62,416 nt of DNA from Tricharina praecox (lineage: Eukaryota). Positions 47,946-61,642 of the stretch are shown piece by piece. Positions within the stretch are counted from its first letter, which is position 1; each line of letters starts with the position of its first letter. The notes below the pieces were generated by a model. That model ran no database searches. It saw only the letters and a list, made by a program, of their open reading frames with translations, and was not told the origin of the DNA. The stretch spans positions 124,001 to 186,416 of the forward strand of contig NW_026250442.1 of the NCBI RefSeq assembly GCF_024521635.1. Direction: 5' to 3'. A program made the translations under genes and the position numbers.

Positions 47946-49221
47946 GGCAGATGTTCGCCGCCCATCTTGGGAAAACTGGTCGACAGCGACGCCGACAGAG
48001 AGGCAACAAAAACTACGAGCAGATATAGCCACAGTGATTGGTATCTCCAGTAGTGAGGTAGAAAGTTGTTGATCGCAAAGAGTCTCGCTCGGAGTGATGC
48101 CCAGATGAGCGATTTAGATTGGACGTTTTAGACTTCCGGATCTGTTGCGGCGGCCCCATCCCCGGGTGTTGCCAGCCCTTTCGTGTCGGTGGCGTAGACA
48201 TGCGGGAAACTTTGATGGTGCGGGGATGGGAATGCTGACGTTCGAAGAAGAGCCTATTTGGTTCGGAGAATACGTGCATATCTTGACGTTTTGTTACTCT
48301 TTTATAGAAGGGCATGGCGGCAGTATTTCAATTACGGGAAGAGACGTGATGCCAGATTCAGGACACATGTACCCTAAGGATGAACTGGAGAAACAAAGAG
48401 ATCTCCAGTTTATTTCGCATGCAGCCTTTCTAGACCATGGCGAACCGTCGCACTCGTGATAGAGAGTAAAGATAGAGAGTGAAGATAGCGAGTGACCACA
48501 TGTGATAGAGAGAGACGTCCTATCCAAAGCGACAACGACCCAACCATCAAAAGAGTCCACCCAAGCAAATTTGACCCCCGCCTGGTTCTGAAATTCAGTA
48601 GCCATCGAGGAGACGTGGACTGTACCCGTTCTTTTCCAGCTCAGCATGACTGTGGACTACCTATCTGTAGATGCTGCTGTCGGGCGATGGCGACTACGAT
48701 TACGGTCCCCGGCACAGACCCGGTGACTCGGTGAGAGGCGCGGAGATGGGATGTGCGCTAAGTGAACGTGTGGTATGCCGTTAAGGGAGAGCAAGCTCAT
48801 GAATGAGGATCGGCAGGCGACTGGCACGCGATGGACATATGATAGGCGCGAGAGGAGGCTGCAGGAGCACGTGAGAGGCGAGTGATAGGCGGGGTGGCTG
48901 AAGCCGACCTACGGACGGGGAATAATCTTTTCACATCACACCTTATTTTGAGTCAGACTCTGCCGTAAACCAGAGCCAAATCCGCAGCCCAAGATTCGCG
49001 TGCACGAAGAAATATGGTTCGTTTTACATACATGAAGCCCTTGTCACTGCGCCGGTAGGGAATGTAGGACGTGGGGAAGTGCGTGCGGCTGGGGATGCAC
49101 GAGTGTTCGACGGCATGCCACGTGCATCACGGTCACGATTCTTTGTACCTCCAACTTGGTGGTCATAAGCTATGCTCCACGGAAGGCAAACATTGCACGC
49201 CCACGCCCATCATCGGCCTAC

Positions 49222-51057
49222 CTACTCATTCTCCTCCGGCTTCCGTCCGACCACATGGAAATTATACTGGTACACGTGCACCTTGCGAGTGTGCACTTCG
49301 TTTAGGGATTTGGCGCACCCGGCCAGTACATCTTCGGGTTTCATGCCGAGGTACCTGGTCAGCGGTGCCATTCCGTAGGACTGTGGGATTATAAGGCGAT
49401 TAGTAATGCTCAGCAATAGACGTCTCGGGTTGTAGGTATCGGTAGTCTGTCGTGGAGGGGTGGGGAGGAGAGGTGCAAACGGCTAGTTGGGGGGTGTATG
49501 GGGGGTTATTATACCTCCAGACCGGTAAGAACCGTCATCTCCATGAGCTGGCCAATCTTCTTCATTTCGGGGTCCTTTGGCCACGTACCCCAAGGATGCT
49601 TGAAGTAGTGCACTTGAACTTCCACAAATCCAGCACCCTCGGCGAATGTCTTTAACATGTCGCCGGTGGGGAGAATGAACCCGCCTAGTTCCAATGACTT
49701 TTGGAACTTGGTGACGTAATCCTCCAGCGCGCTGCCGGTGTACGTACCGTCGTCGCAGTTGAGCGACATTGCTGTTTCCGCAAGCTCGATGTATGCGCCT
49801 GGTTTTGCGTGTCTGCCAGTGTTAGCCGGTAGAAGGGAGGGAGGAAATGAGGTAGGTAAGGAGGGCAGCGTAGAGGAGTCGATCGTGTGAGTGATTGGAG
49901 AGGTGAGAGACATACTTGTACATCTGCCTGAGATATCTAGGCCAGTCCTTCATGCTTTGGGCTATGTTTCGGGAATGGATGAAATCGAAGAGGTTGGGGA
50001 GATAAGTCCAATCCAGCTCCAGATCGTCGACTTCGAAGCGGACATTTGGCACCACCCTGCGAGTCGCCATGTGCTTTTAGCGACTGCCTTCGGAACCGGA
50101 ATCGGCGGGCACCATCCTGTAAGTTCCTTTTCTACCCGGTATGCTATTTTCTTCATTTCCCTTCCTATCACTTCCCTCATTCTTTTCCCGTCCGCCACCC
50201 TTCACTTCCGTTCGTCCCCTTCGCTTCCGCGGCCACTCGGACGTGAAAACGGTGCAACATACCATTCAGGTTGGATCGGACTTAGATCTACCCCGATCAC
50301 TTCTGCAGATGGGAAGACTTCCCCGGCATCCAGCGCCCAGATTCCCGTTCCGGTGCCGCAGTCGAGGATGCGTTGGGACTTCTTGGGAATATCCGCGACG
50401 AAGAGTTCACCCCGAAGGGAGAGCAGTTGCAGGTGGTGGTAGAGGTCGAGTCTTATCGAAACGGTCAGCGACTAGCTGAGGAATGGAAGGAAGAGCAGTA
50501 ATCCCGGGGAAAACGGAGGAATGAGATGCGGGGGTAGTACGTACCTATCTTGTTCGGTCTATTCAGCCGCCGCAAATGTCAGCACATGATATTACACTTT
50601 CCCTCAGTTCGTATCCCTAAAGTCGATGGGGGAACACGATACTGGACCCGTTGCGGAACTGACCTCATCGTTTGGAAGCATGTACTTTCCCTCCTGATAC
50701 CGATGGTAGCGACGTCCTGTTCCGACCGATCAGCATGCAATTCTTGGGAGCAGATGCAAAAGACGGAATGAGTGGGAGGCGTGGGATGGGAAGTATTCGC
50801 CGGCGGAGGCTGGATTCAAGGCCAACCATTCTCGTAGATATAGTCGACGATGGAACTGGAGATGCTGTGTGTGGAGCTCTGAAGGCTACTCTCGTATCCG
50901 ATTGTCTCGTCGATCTCAAGGTCGGCTTCCAACTACACATGGGTAGACTCCCGGGTTATTCGAACAGAGCCTAATATAACGGCACTGGAAACCTCATTGA
51001 AGACCGTGCGAGGAGTGAACCTACGGGCTGAGAGTCAACTGGTGGCGCTGATACCAT
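49222..51057 (-). CDS. LaeA-like SAM-dependent methyltransferase (multi-exon, including a 14-nt micro-exon)
   Basis: Spliced peptide SSSIVDYIYENG|RRYHRYQEGKYMLPNDE|TEQDR|LDLYHH..ILDCGTGTGIWA..GVDLSPIQP..PNVRFEVDDLE..FDFIHSR..KPGAYIEL..PWGTWPKDP..VGRKP. Confidence 0.92.
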
Positions 51058-54000
51058 CTTTCGGCTTTCAACTTTCGAGTCCACTGGGTACGGAGGTGAG
51101 GTTGATGAGAGTTCACGTTGATCGTCTATGGCCTGGTCGTCGTGGGGTCTCGTGTGGCCTCGCGGGTCAGCGTTGTTCGAATGGGGAGTTAGGATGAGCG
51201 GTAGAATCGGATTAAGTACGTCGTTCGCATCTCCAAGTGGACATAGCATTTACTTATAGGTGACCTGGCTGCTGACATTCTCTCTGATCGACGCTCGGCA
51301 CCATAAAAGGTTTGTGCTGCATATCGAGCGGGAGTGATCCGACGTCAACGGAAGCAGACTACCCAATAGAGGGTCGCTCGGGGCAGTCTAAGCTTTACCC
51401 GGGACTGGAGAGCTCGTGCGCCCGTTGCGCGTCTGCAACAAGCTCCTGGGCGCGGTGCGGTTACTCGCAAAATTCGGAAGGTGTCTGTAGATATCAGGAG
51501 ATGGATGCAGGTGCAAGCGCACACGGCAAAACGTAGTGCCTATTCGTAAACGGATGCGATGGCTGGACCCTGGCGGCCACGTAGCCGCCTGTACACACCG
51601 GGCGGACGCAACGTGCATGCGCTTCACTCTATGTAGAGCCGATACATCCGCGTCCTCTGTGCATTTGGCCCATCCCCTTTGGCCTTCTGGGAGCAGAAGA
51701 TAAGACTATGTAAACCAACAGCTGTTGTGGAGGCTATCCTAACGAGATGGTTGGGAGCGGGGTTTCCCGTGTGGATAGAAAGGGTGCCGTGGAGTGACTA
51801 CGCCATTCATGTGCAGGCAAGCCCAGAGACCGCAGGAAGAGAGATAAAAAGCGGGGAAGGATATATACCGATCGCTTGATTCGGTTGTTCCCGGGCAATG
51901 ATCGGCCTTTCGAGGGAAAGACACGGCAGATGGCGAGCCACCGCTGATCCACGAGATAGCCGATGAATAGGCTAAGCAGCGGCCGGAGGACCCCGAAACG
52001 CGGGGGTTGGAAACGCCGAGGTCTGCCATCACATACGGCAGAAAGCGCCGCAAAAAATACATTATACATCCTCCCGAGGACTCAGAATTGTAGACAAGCC
52101 GCTCACAAACGCCCTTGAAAAACTCGCCGCAAGATATCTACTACCAGCTCAACATGGGATACGCCCCGAGGGAACACGCCGCACGGGGGCTACGAATCGG
52201 CACTCGGCAGGAGGTAGGGTGTGCCAATACGAGACTCGGACGCGGCAGCACCTTTTCAACAACTGCCCCGAATGGAAGTAACAGCAGAAAACCTATAGAC
52301 ATCGGGCTGGAAGGCCACTAGACGAGGTGGGGACGGATTCAAGGTTCGGAGGGTGCGGCGAGGCCATTACCTATTTACTTCCTCTCGACCACGGGCGTGG
52401 GGCACCGAGTGCTACCACTCGGCTCGGAAGACAAACGAAGTTAACCAACCCAAACTTCGGAAGGAGCAGCGCTAGAACGAGACCTAATCTAACCGATTAA
52501 CGGGCGGGAGGGAACGGGGGCCACGTGATTACACAGGTTCAGGTTTCGACATACACACCCCTCCCCGTATGTCGTGGGAGGTATGAGGTATGTAGTGCGT
52601 GCAGCTTTGCGGCTACCGGCTAATCGTCGCTAAGCTTCCACTCGCCTGACTGGCTACGATAGCATCGTCATACTACTGATGTAACCACCGTTCAACAGAG
52701 CTTTAAGTAGCGCTGCGCAAAAAGCAAGCGAACAGGGTGTTCAGCTTAGTGAGTAGAGCTGGGGTGCGTTGAGGCAAACATCAAAGAAGCAAGCTGCGCT
52801 TTCACATTGTAATGTCATGATTCTGGCGATGGAACTCCGCCCGACGAAGCCTTTCTATGGGGATTGGAAATTTATATGGCAAGTATATAGAGACTTTAAT
52901 ACCCCTTGAAGTGTATTATTCGCCTAACTTTTAAGACACATCTCAATGCAGTTCCGGATTTTCGGCCACCTATTGATGCTCCAGTTCACCCAGCGGGCTC
53001 CAAATAAAAAATTACCATCCACGCGGATGAGCTCCATCCAATCAGGCTTCGATTGGCCAATGATACGATCGACGCGCGGCAGATGCTGAATTCAGAAGAG
53101 TGATATGGATGGATGAAGATAAACGTATGCTCAAGTTATTGACTCTTGAGGCTGTCTTAGGGCTGGAGAACTGTTGTCTGCCACGACTATTATGAGAGGA
53201 GCGATGTGTGGGATAAATAGGGGATGAGAGCATGAGCGATGGACGAGATAAGATAGGAGGAGGGGCTAGGCGGATCAGTGGATCCGAATGGTGTCGATAG
53301 CCGACGCCTGGACTAGCCGGTTCTTGAATAGAACATCAACGTCTCCATCATTCTTCATTTTCGCCGTTGCCTTTGCGGAGCTACGTCAACCATCCATCTC
53401 CTCCTCCCCACATAATGTTCGTATAGAATTAGGAGATATTCAATGCAAGAAAGTAATAAACTGGTGGGGTGATTGTTGGATTCTTGCTGTGGTGCAAGCG
53501 CTGATCTGGAACGTCAACCGTGACTACACTTACAGTTTATATGTACGCATTATATGGTCCCCGCATTCCCTCGCGTTTCGCAGTTCGATGAGACTCTTAT
53601 AGTACTCGGAAAACTTGATGGGAGAATTCTTCCAGCATTCTCAATAAACCTTCCAGAGCGATTCTGTCCTCGAATCGATGGCACCATCAGCAAATATATT
53701 ATTCGCAACATGGCTACTTCGACATCATTTCGAAACTACCTACTGACCTGGCCGCCCAATACCGGATGAAAGACCTGGATAAATGTCTACCCCGCCTCGG
53801 TGTTCGCCAATCATGATCATGTCGGTCTGCCATATCCAGCTTTCTCAACGGGCCGGCTGGCCGCTCCGCCAAGTCATCAACGGGGTCGCGGGCCGGTTCG
53901 GCCCCGAGTTTCAGAAGGCTCAGGCCCTTCCGATCGGCAGGGGCAAAGCCTCAAAGTTGGTTGGTTCACTGCGGTGAACGGAACGTGTTCAACACCACAG

Positions 54001-54703
54001 CGCGTAGCTAATCATCATTATTGGTAGGGTGATAGCTCAGAACGAAGGCAACGATTTGTGGTACCCCATCAATAGCGGAAATCTATGAAATCGAGGTTCA
54101 CCAAAGCATGCCTAAAGTTGTGCGTACTGTATGGGCGCAAAGCTCGGCTTGCTGCCAGGGATTGCCGTATTTCGCATATACATAGAGCAATCTATGGTGG
54201 CCTGTGGGCTGTAGGCGCCTACAGGCCGCTCCGCTGTCGCATGTCTGATGCTAAAGCTTTGGTCTCCCGAGCCAGAAATTCGGCCTCTTTGATTGAGGCC
54301 CGTCCCGGCCGAAGGTGAAGCCGGTTTGAACGGCCCGTTGCGAACCCTAGCGTAATTGGAAAGCACTGTGTCGTTTCCAGCGAGTAATATGGAGATTCGG
54401 GGCGTGGATGCGGGGACGCATACTGCAGGAACGAACACGGCGTTAATCACTCAATTAAGGAACAAAAAAAACCTCGAACTTTGCGACGACGTTATCATCC
54501 CTTCGCTTCGTCTTCCATCCCATGGTGCATAATGCATTTCCTACGATGGTGTGCAATCAATCTCAATACCGCCGGCGTGACCACATTCATAACCCCCCGT
54601 ATAACGCAAAAACCATCGAAGTCCAAACGCAAAGGATATATAAGGCCTTACGAAGTACCTTTATCGACATCAGCATTCGGCAGCGCACAGACAGAAAGCA
54701 AAA

Positions 54704-55574
54704 ATGAAGTTCCTCTCCACGGCCCTCCTCTTCGCCGCCGTTATCGGCCAGGCTTCTGCTCACTGTACCATATCCTTATTCCCCGGCTGTATGTGGATGC
54801 TGACATCCAAAAACTAGACCGCTTTTTTAAATTGATTGCGAACGGGGTCACCGGCGCCGAATACGCTAGTATCCGCACAAGCACCAACAGTAACTCCCCG
54901 GTAACCGACGTCACCAGCACTGACCTACGATGCAACGTTGGCGGTCTCGCCAGTGCAGCCAGCACCACTACGACCACCATCACCGCCGGCAGCACCATCG
55001 GCTTCGTTGCCGACACCGTTGTGAGCCACCCGGGGCCCTTCATCGTCTACATGGCAAAGGCACCCAGCACCGCCGCTGCATTCGACGGAAGCGGCGCTGT
55101 GTGGTTCAAGGTGTGGGAGAAGGGGACAACTAGTCTCACTGCTACGGCGATCAACTTCGATGTCACCTCCACGCAGTGGACATTCCCCGTGCCTAAGTCG
55201 CTACCCGATGGGGAATATCTGGTCAGGATTGAACATATCGCGTTGCACGGTGCGAGTTCTTTTGGGGGTGCTCAGGTATGTACACAACGTCATCGTGCCA
55301 GGTACAGCGAGAAAGGCGAGTCGCTAATCTCTGGTGTGGGGGTAGTTCTACATCTCGTGTGCGCAGGTTAAGGTCACCGGTGGTGGGTCCGGGACCCCTG
55401 GTCCAAAAGTCGCTATCCCCGGCGTATATACTGGTAACGAGCCGAGCATTAAACTTAGTATCTACTGGCCAATCCGTGAGTGTTTCTTGCCCTCCATTAT
55501 TAGCAGGTTTAGGGCTGACAATAGACGAAGCCACCAACTACACCGTGCCTGGCCCTGCAGTCTGGTCTGGTTAG
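54704..55574 (+). CDS. AA9 (GH61) lytic polysaccharide monooxygenase; exons 54704-54764, 54818-55275, 55346-55475, 55531-55574
   Basis: Signal peptide ending ASA-His1; DLRCN, SHPGP, WFKV, GEYLVRIEHIALH, GAQ|FYISCAQ, YTVPGPAVW. Confidence 0.95.
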
Positions 55575-56249
55575 ATGGAGAAAATGGAGGCGGCATATAT
55601 TTTACGCTGGTTGGGCTCAAGGGAGACTCTAAAAGTCAATTCGTGTTATATTTCATGATCGAAACCGAGGCTCCTTTGATGGCTCAGTGAGCCGAATCGT
55701 TGGTGTTCTACGTCATGTGACTTCCAAGCTGCGCACGCAGTGACATGTCAGTGAAAGAGATGAAATAGCGGGGATGTAAAAGAGATGAGATTTTGATGCT
55801 CCGGCTCAGCGGCTCAGCCGTTCTTTCTGACTTACAGCTAGCTTTGAATGTCTCCCGCTGTTGTATGGTAACGCTGGTTGTAGGGCAACGCTGGTTTTAT
55901 CATCATATAGCTCACATAGGCTGTGTTTTAAAGGCCGAAAGAAGGCCGCTTCAATCTCGCAATGTTGGCTTAGAACCTTAGTTTGCACTAAAGCTCTCTG
56001 CAATACTGCCTAAATCGGCATGCCGACTTTGACTTCACTGCCCGGTCAATTGAAACAAGTAATAAGCTAGCTTTGCAAACAAATCAGGCTCTCTTCAATC
56101 CAAGATTTTCCAGTGGCGCGGTTACATCCAAGCCAGCTGCAGTGCCGCTACTCCCCTCCACCCGTCTCAGTGCAGTAAGAGGAAACCCCCCATTTTTATT
56201 ACTGTATGTATTCAGCTCTGCAGCGTTGAAGCTCTAACTTTATTTGCTG

Positions 56250-56340
56250 GAAAAAAAGAAAACCTATCAAAAGAAAAGAAGAAAAAAAAACGAAAAAAAA
56301 ACGAAAGAAAAAACTAAAGAAAAAAACGAAAAGAAAACAA
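56250..56340. repeat. A-rich low-complexity tract
   Basis: Runs of A interrupted by G/C over ~90 bp. Confidence 0.8.
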
Positions 56341-56413
56341 TTATCCCCAAGTTCCTCTCCTAGCGTGTGGTAAAAATTGAACTTCAAGCTATGTTCGACT
56401 ACTGCACCTACTA

Positions 56414-57455
56414 CGGTGGTTGAAAGTGAGCAAATGGCCACCTGATCGAAAATTGCGAGAGAACATATAGGTGACACCGAAGAGAGGAGTTTTGTGGGGT
56501 GGAGATGGGTTAGGGTTGAGATGCAACAAAATCTAGGCCTCATGTGGTAAAGAGGCCGATTAGGAATTCCTGGCGGAGAAGGGGTGAGTCGACAGAGCGG
56601 ACGAGTTCTGGGAGCCGGCAGCGAGCCGGTGGAGCGGCCACAATGTGGGAGCGTGCCAGTTGAATAAGCGGGCAGCGAGGCGACAGGGCGGGCGTTGTCT
56701 CCTCCCAGTGATCGGGCTAGCCCCTCCGAGAATCAGGCCACCCGTCGATATCATCATATATCACTCGAACTTCCGTGTGTTGATACCAACTACTCTTGGG
56801 CTCCTTCCGGCTGAGATGAGGGTTGAAATTGAATGCTCAATGCAATAAACACAAGAAAGCACTTGAGATCAGTCCGGGTTGAAACATATCCAGGGATTGT
56901 TGAAACCAAAATCCAATGTTCATCGGTTGTTGAGGCAACAAAGATGTTTAAACTCACAAAGCACATATCCAACATCAATATTAGACTTGCCTGCGCCAAC
57001 AGTTCTGCATATAGTTCGAACTTGGTATGCAATCACTCCCACTTTCTGTCTGCCTTCTTGCCTTGAGCTTGCTGCTCTGGAGCGGAACGTATCCAGACAA
57101 AGGGTTTCGGCGGCATAGTGGCGAAAGTAGCGGTGGAGGTAGTGGTGGTGATGGCAATGTTTTGGCCTAGTTTTCATGACATCGAAACCCTAACCCATCT
57201 TCACCCCACCAAACTCCTCTCCTCACTGTCACCTATATGTTCTCTCTCGCAATTTTCGCTTGCTTTTTCGCTCTTCGCCGCTCTCTTTTTAGGTCTTTTA
57301 ATTTTCTCTGTTTTGCTCTCTATTTTTTCTTGGTCTCGGTGGGCGCCCTGTTGTGGTGTGGGGGGAAGGGGGGGGGACCAGTGTTGCAATAAGTTGCGTT
57401 GCATTAATTTTAAATGCAAAAAAGTAGGTGGCCATTTGCTCACTTTCGACCGCCG
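56414..57455. mobile_element. Non-autonomous TIR element flanked by TA (Tc1/mariner-like), ~1.04 kb
   Basis: TA|CGGTGGTTGAAAGTGAGCAAATGGCCACCT..CGAAAATTGCGAGAGAACATATAGGTGACA..GATGGGTTAGGGTT is inverted at 57163-57260 and 57425-57455|TA. Confidence 0.8.
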
Positions 57456-58597
57456 TACCTACGTCCTCTCTGTAAAAAAAAATACACCCTCCGCTTAGCC
57501 TTTTGCGATGTTGCGATGCCTATTCGCAGCGCACTTTTGGAACCAGAAACGAAAGTCAGCTTTAGTCCCAGCCTGGCTAGATTCACTAACACAAAATCAA
57601 GGAATCAATAAGGATCCGTTTCTCTTCAATCGTTAATGTCAGATAGCACCAAATGCTTCCCATGCCTTCGAAGACCATGCCTGGGCCATCGAGGCTGACG
57701 ACATGGTTTTCCGTATACGAACATCCGGCATCAACTGCCATGAAGACCTCCGCGATGCGAGGGGCCAACGAGTAAGCGGATGGTCCTGTTCCTACTGATT
57801 TGAAGTCCACAAGTTTGCAAATCATGACGCACTCGACAATCTTGAGGACCCCCGAAAAAGATTCCCAACCCAAACACTGATATCCTTCCCAATCGACGGA
57901 ACGGCACAGAATATGTGGAAAAAATGACCATTCCGATGTGGGCCACCATCTTTGCCAAAGCAGCGAGAGCAGTGAATATTACGAGCGATGAGGGCTTCGT
58001 GACCCCGCCAGGGTACTCCTCGCAGAAGGCGAACACAAGGGTGAACAGGAGGCTGATGAGGACCAGACAATGTACTCCTATATAACGCCATCTGATCGCT
58101 AGATAGGGCAGGGTAAAGCCGTACCTATTTTTCATCAACTTTCCAATCATTTCTCTCGCAGCCGCCTGTCTCGTCCATATCGCTACCCTCCGCGTGAGCT
58201 TCGCCGTCGGTTCGTCGACTGTACTTCCGTCGGCTTTGCCGTCTCTCCGTTGGTACGTTACAGTAGCTTGGGAACGTTCGATGCGGGCCTGCAAATTTTC
58301 AATAGGTGGTCTCGGTTCTTTATTTTTTGTTCATTCATTGATTGCATGCCCGCCCGCCCTTTCCCTCCTCTCCTCTCTCCCCTACGGGCTGACTCGCCCG
58401 CTCTTCCCACCTGCCCTCTGTCCCTTCGCTTGAAGGTTTTCCAAATCCTTGTCGTCTCGGTGCCCGGGTTTTTGTGAGCGGCTTGAGCCGCACGAGTGAG
58501 TTGTGATGAGCGGATCAACTGCTGTGAGATCCGACGCGGCCGAATCACTGGAATTGGGTATATGTTCTCAGCTATAAGCCTGGGGCTTATATGTACG

Positions 58598-59631
58598 ATG
58601 AGTGAAGGTGGGGCGCCGCTGAATAGAGAGGAGGCCACCCGGGTAACGTGATTGAGGCCTGCTTACCCGGATGAATCGCTTCGTCTCGATATATCGCTTT
58701 TAGGGACCCCCAGAACATTAATTGGATTGCACCAGAAACTCTATTCCGAAGACGCTGGAACCCCGCATACCCTGGTCATCACAATGAAGGACAGCCAGCA
58801 AGACAGCCGAAGGTTCGTGTTTCAGTCCGAGAACGAATATATGATGTTGACCTAAGTGCAGCTTTGTCCCAGAATGTCTGCTCCCCGAAGTCAGCCCGCA
58901 GACGATGTACGACAGATTCTTTACGCGCAACCATGTCACGTCTTACCGGTGCCCTAAACGCTGCGACGACTATTTGGAGTACGTCGGGAAGATCAATTAC
59001 CGTTTCGAAGATGTGCTCGAGGCTCTGCGGATTAACTCTGATGGATCCGCCACCGATGCGGTCGCGGCCCGATATCTGGTACATGGCGCTCGGCTGATGG
59101 AAGAGCTCGACCAAATGCTGCAGGGGATGAATCACGACTCGGTGCTGGTCACGAAGCTGTTTGATCTATGCGTGCCGATGTACCTGCCCCGGTGCCTAAT
59201 GCCTTATTCGAAATTTCAGAACAGTGATGAGATGGCAGTGGTTGACAGGTGGAGCCGGGGATCAGAGCTGAAGGATTTTGTGGAATGGCGAGAGACGATT
59301 GCGGAAGCGGAGACTTTTATCAAGGAGGCACCTGATGTTATCACGGTGCTAACATTGAGACTCGTTGAAAGTGGGCAGCAGCCGGAGGTTATACTGGAAG
59401 ACCCTGTAAGTTTACGCAAACGGCGTTCATATCGCTATGACGATGCCTGAACTTTTAGAAATGATGGTTTTTATGCAGGGCGACTGTGCAGAGATGTGTT
59501 TCAAATTTCTCGAGATGTCGATCTATCCCCGTATTCTTCATTTGACGTCACGAATATCTTCGCGAACCACCCTGCTCCCTCTTTCTCTACGCCTCTATCC
59601 ACGTGCTGCACCCGTACTATACCATGCCTAA
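58598..59631 (+). pseudogene. Orphan spliced gene or pseudogene of unknown function (introns 58813-58861 and 59406-59478; in-frame TGA at 58649)
   Basis: Canonical splice sites join three ORF pieces in phase; the 181-aa central ORF has globular composition. Confidence 0.45.
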
Positions 59632-61642
59632 CACCGTATTCCGTGCCGCTTCAGTACCAACCGATCTCGCGCGGTAACCTGCGTACCCGCGTCCACTTCC
59701 CCGCGCCTCGCACTGCCCGATTGATGCCGTCGAGGAGATCATGCAACGTTGGGAATTTCATTTCGCCACAGGTAAACGCTTAGATGGAGTTCCGAATTGA
59801 AATTACTACCGCAGAAGGGAAACGGCCGACAAGGAAAGGGATAGAATGGGTAGGAATCAAATAAGGGTGGAGGCGGAAATGGAAAGGAACTGCAGCAACC
59901 CCATCCTGACGGTCAAAACGGCGGACGATCCGAACCTGGGACGGACGGGCTGGTACCCGTCCAACGGTGGAGGACGACCGTCGGTAGGACGTGATGATAT
60001 TTTGATCACTCGGCCCAATCTCTTCCATCGTCAACGCAACGGGAGGCGAGTGGAGGACACGGGGGTCGTCATAAGTGGGGGACTAGCACGGATCCGCCCA
60101 CCAGCCGGCTGAAGAAGGCTGGCTTGTGAAGCGGGGGTGGCAACTTTCAGGCGGCGAAGGGCTGGGTGGTGCGGCGGCGATGGATTTCTTAGTCGGCGGC
60201 ACAACTCTCCTCTCGAACTTCAATCTCATTGTTCATGGCAACCAAGCATCGCAACGAAATGTGGATAAGACACAAATGACCGTGATATGTAAGTACAGTA
60301 GCAAAAAGTGGGGTGCGACTTCTTCCGCAGGTCATGAGTAGAACCACTGTATGGGTAGAAACTTAGCAGTTCTCCGAAATGCAGATTTATTTTGGAATCC
60401 TTTTCATCCGATAGTCCCAACTCTACGGTATCAAAACTCTTTACGTGGGGTTGTAAAGATATGCATACCAAAAAGTGGAACTTACGTGGTGTCGGGAATA
60501 TCCGGAGACATACCAGAAAACTATCTTGTATACGCAATGACGCTGTAGGGACTTGAGTAAGACGAAACGAATCGCTCGCTGCAGAAACGAATCGCCTACG
60601 TCCGAAACACTCGCCGTATCGCTCCCTGGGTCTGACGAAGTTTACCGGTTGGCCGTAGGCGATCTGGTTGCTCCACCGTGGTGCTCTACGGCCCAGCAGG
60701 ACCAAAAACTGCTGTATCGCAGTCAGTATTCACCTGTTTCTCTCGTCCAGACAATCTTTGGGACCCCTAAGGTGAGCGCATTCCAGTCCGACTCTCGTTC
60801 CCAGCGTCACACTTCCTTTACTGCCGTGCCTTCCCCTGCCTCACCTTACCTTGCCTGTCTTGCCCTGCCGTGCCGTACCTCGCCCTTGACCGGCCTGCTC
60901 CCTCAACTCTTCTGCGGCCTCGCCGTGCTTGCTGGGCTCTTCGCTGATCTCGCCCTGCCTCGCCCTTGAATGGCCCGTTCACTCAAATCGTTCGTCCCCT
61001 CGACCTTGACTACCTGTTCCCTCGACTCTTCGCTGGCCTCGCCCCGCCTCGCGCTGTCTAACACTACCACCAAAACAGCGATTTCGGCTACCCCCAGCCC
61101 ACGAGCAACATCAAATAGCGTTTTAAACAATTATACGAGCGAGAACTACTTGATATTGCTATCGTTCTAGCTACTGCAACATGCTCGCTACTTACATCCT
61201 CCCCTCCGCGCCTAAATCGTTCGAAAATACTCGTTCCCCAACTACCCCAGGTTTTCACTGAGCTTCCTCGCGCCATCGTTGTCCGTGACGATGACTGGTG
61301 TGATGAATTCTCCCAGCTCCGCCATAAAGCTTTTCATCCAAACAGCGTGCTGGGCCCCGGCAGAGAGAGCGATGTACTCTGCTTCTGTAGAAGAGACGGT
61401 AACCACTGGCTGCCGCACCTATGGCGGGCGTATTCACGACCTGGAAAGGTGAAGGGCGCGAACACGCACCCTGGACCTTATGTGGTCCTAATCAGCAACG
61501 CCCCGCCCCGCACATCTTACTGTGCTGTACTGATAGGTAATGCATAGTACTGACCAGTACTGCTGGCTTTCTGCTGCTAGACAACCGTACTGTCTAGTAC
61601 CGGACACACAGTAGGGGACCATTGCTGCGTATAATTAGCTGC

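Noticed and set aside
48145..48734. Short plus-strand ORFs downstream of the ankyrin remnant
   Set aside because: No recognisable domain or supported splice structure; could be a relic but cannot be supported.
51300..54600. Many short ORFs between the methyltransferase and AA9 genes
   Set aside because: No motifs or codon bias; treated as divergent intergenic DNA, possibly with unrecognisable relics.
57731..58294. 187-aa minus-strand ORF with hydrophobic stretches
   Set aside because: No recognised family or splice support; left uncalled, although a BLASTP would be cheap.
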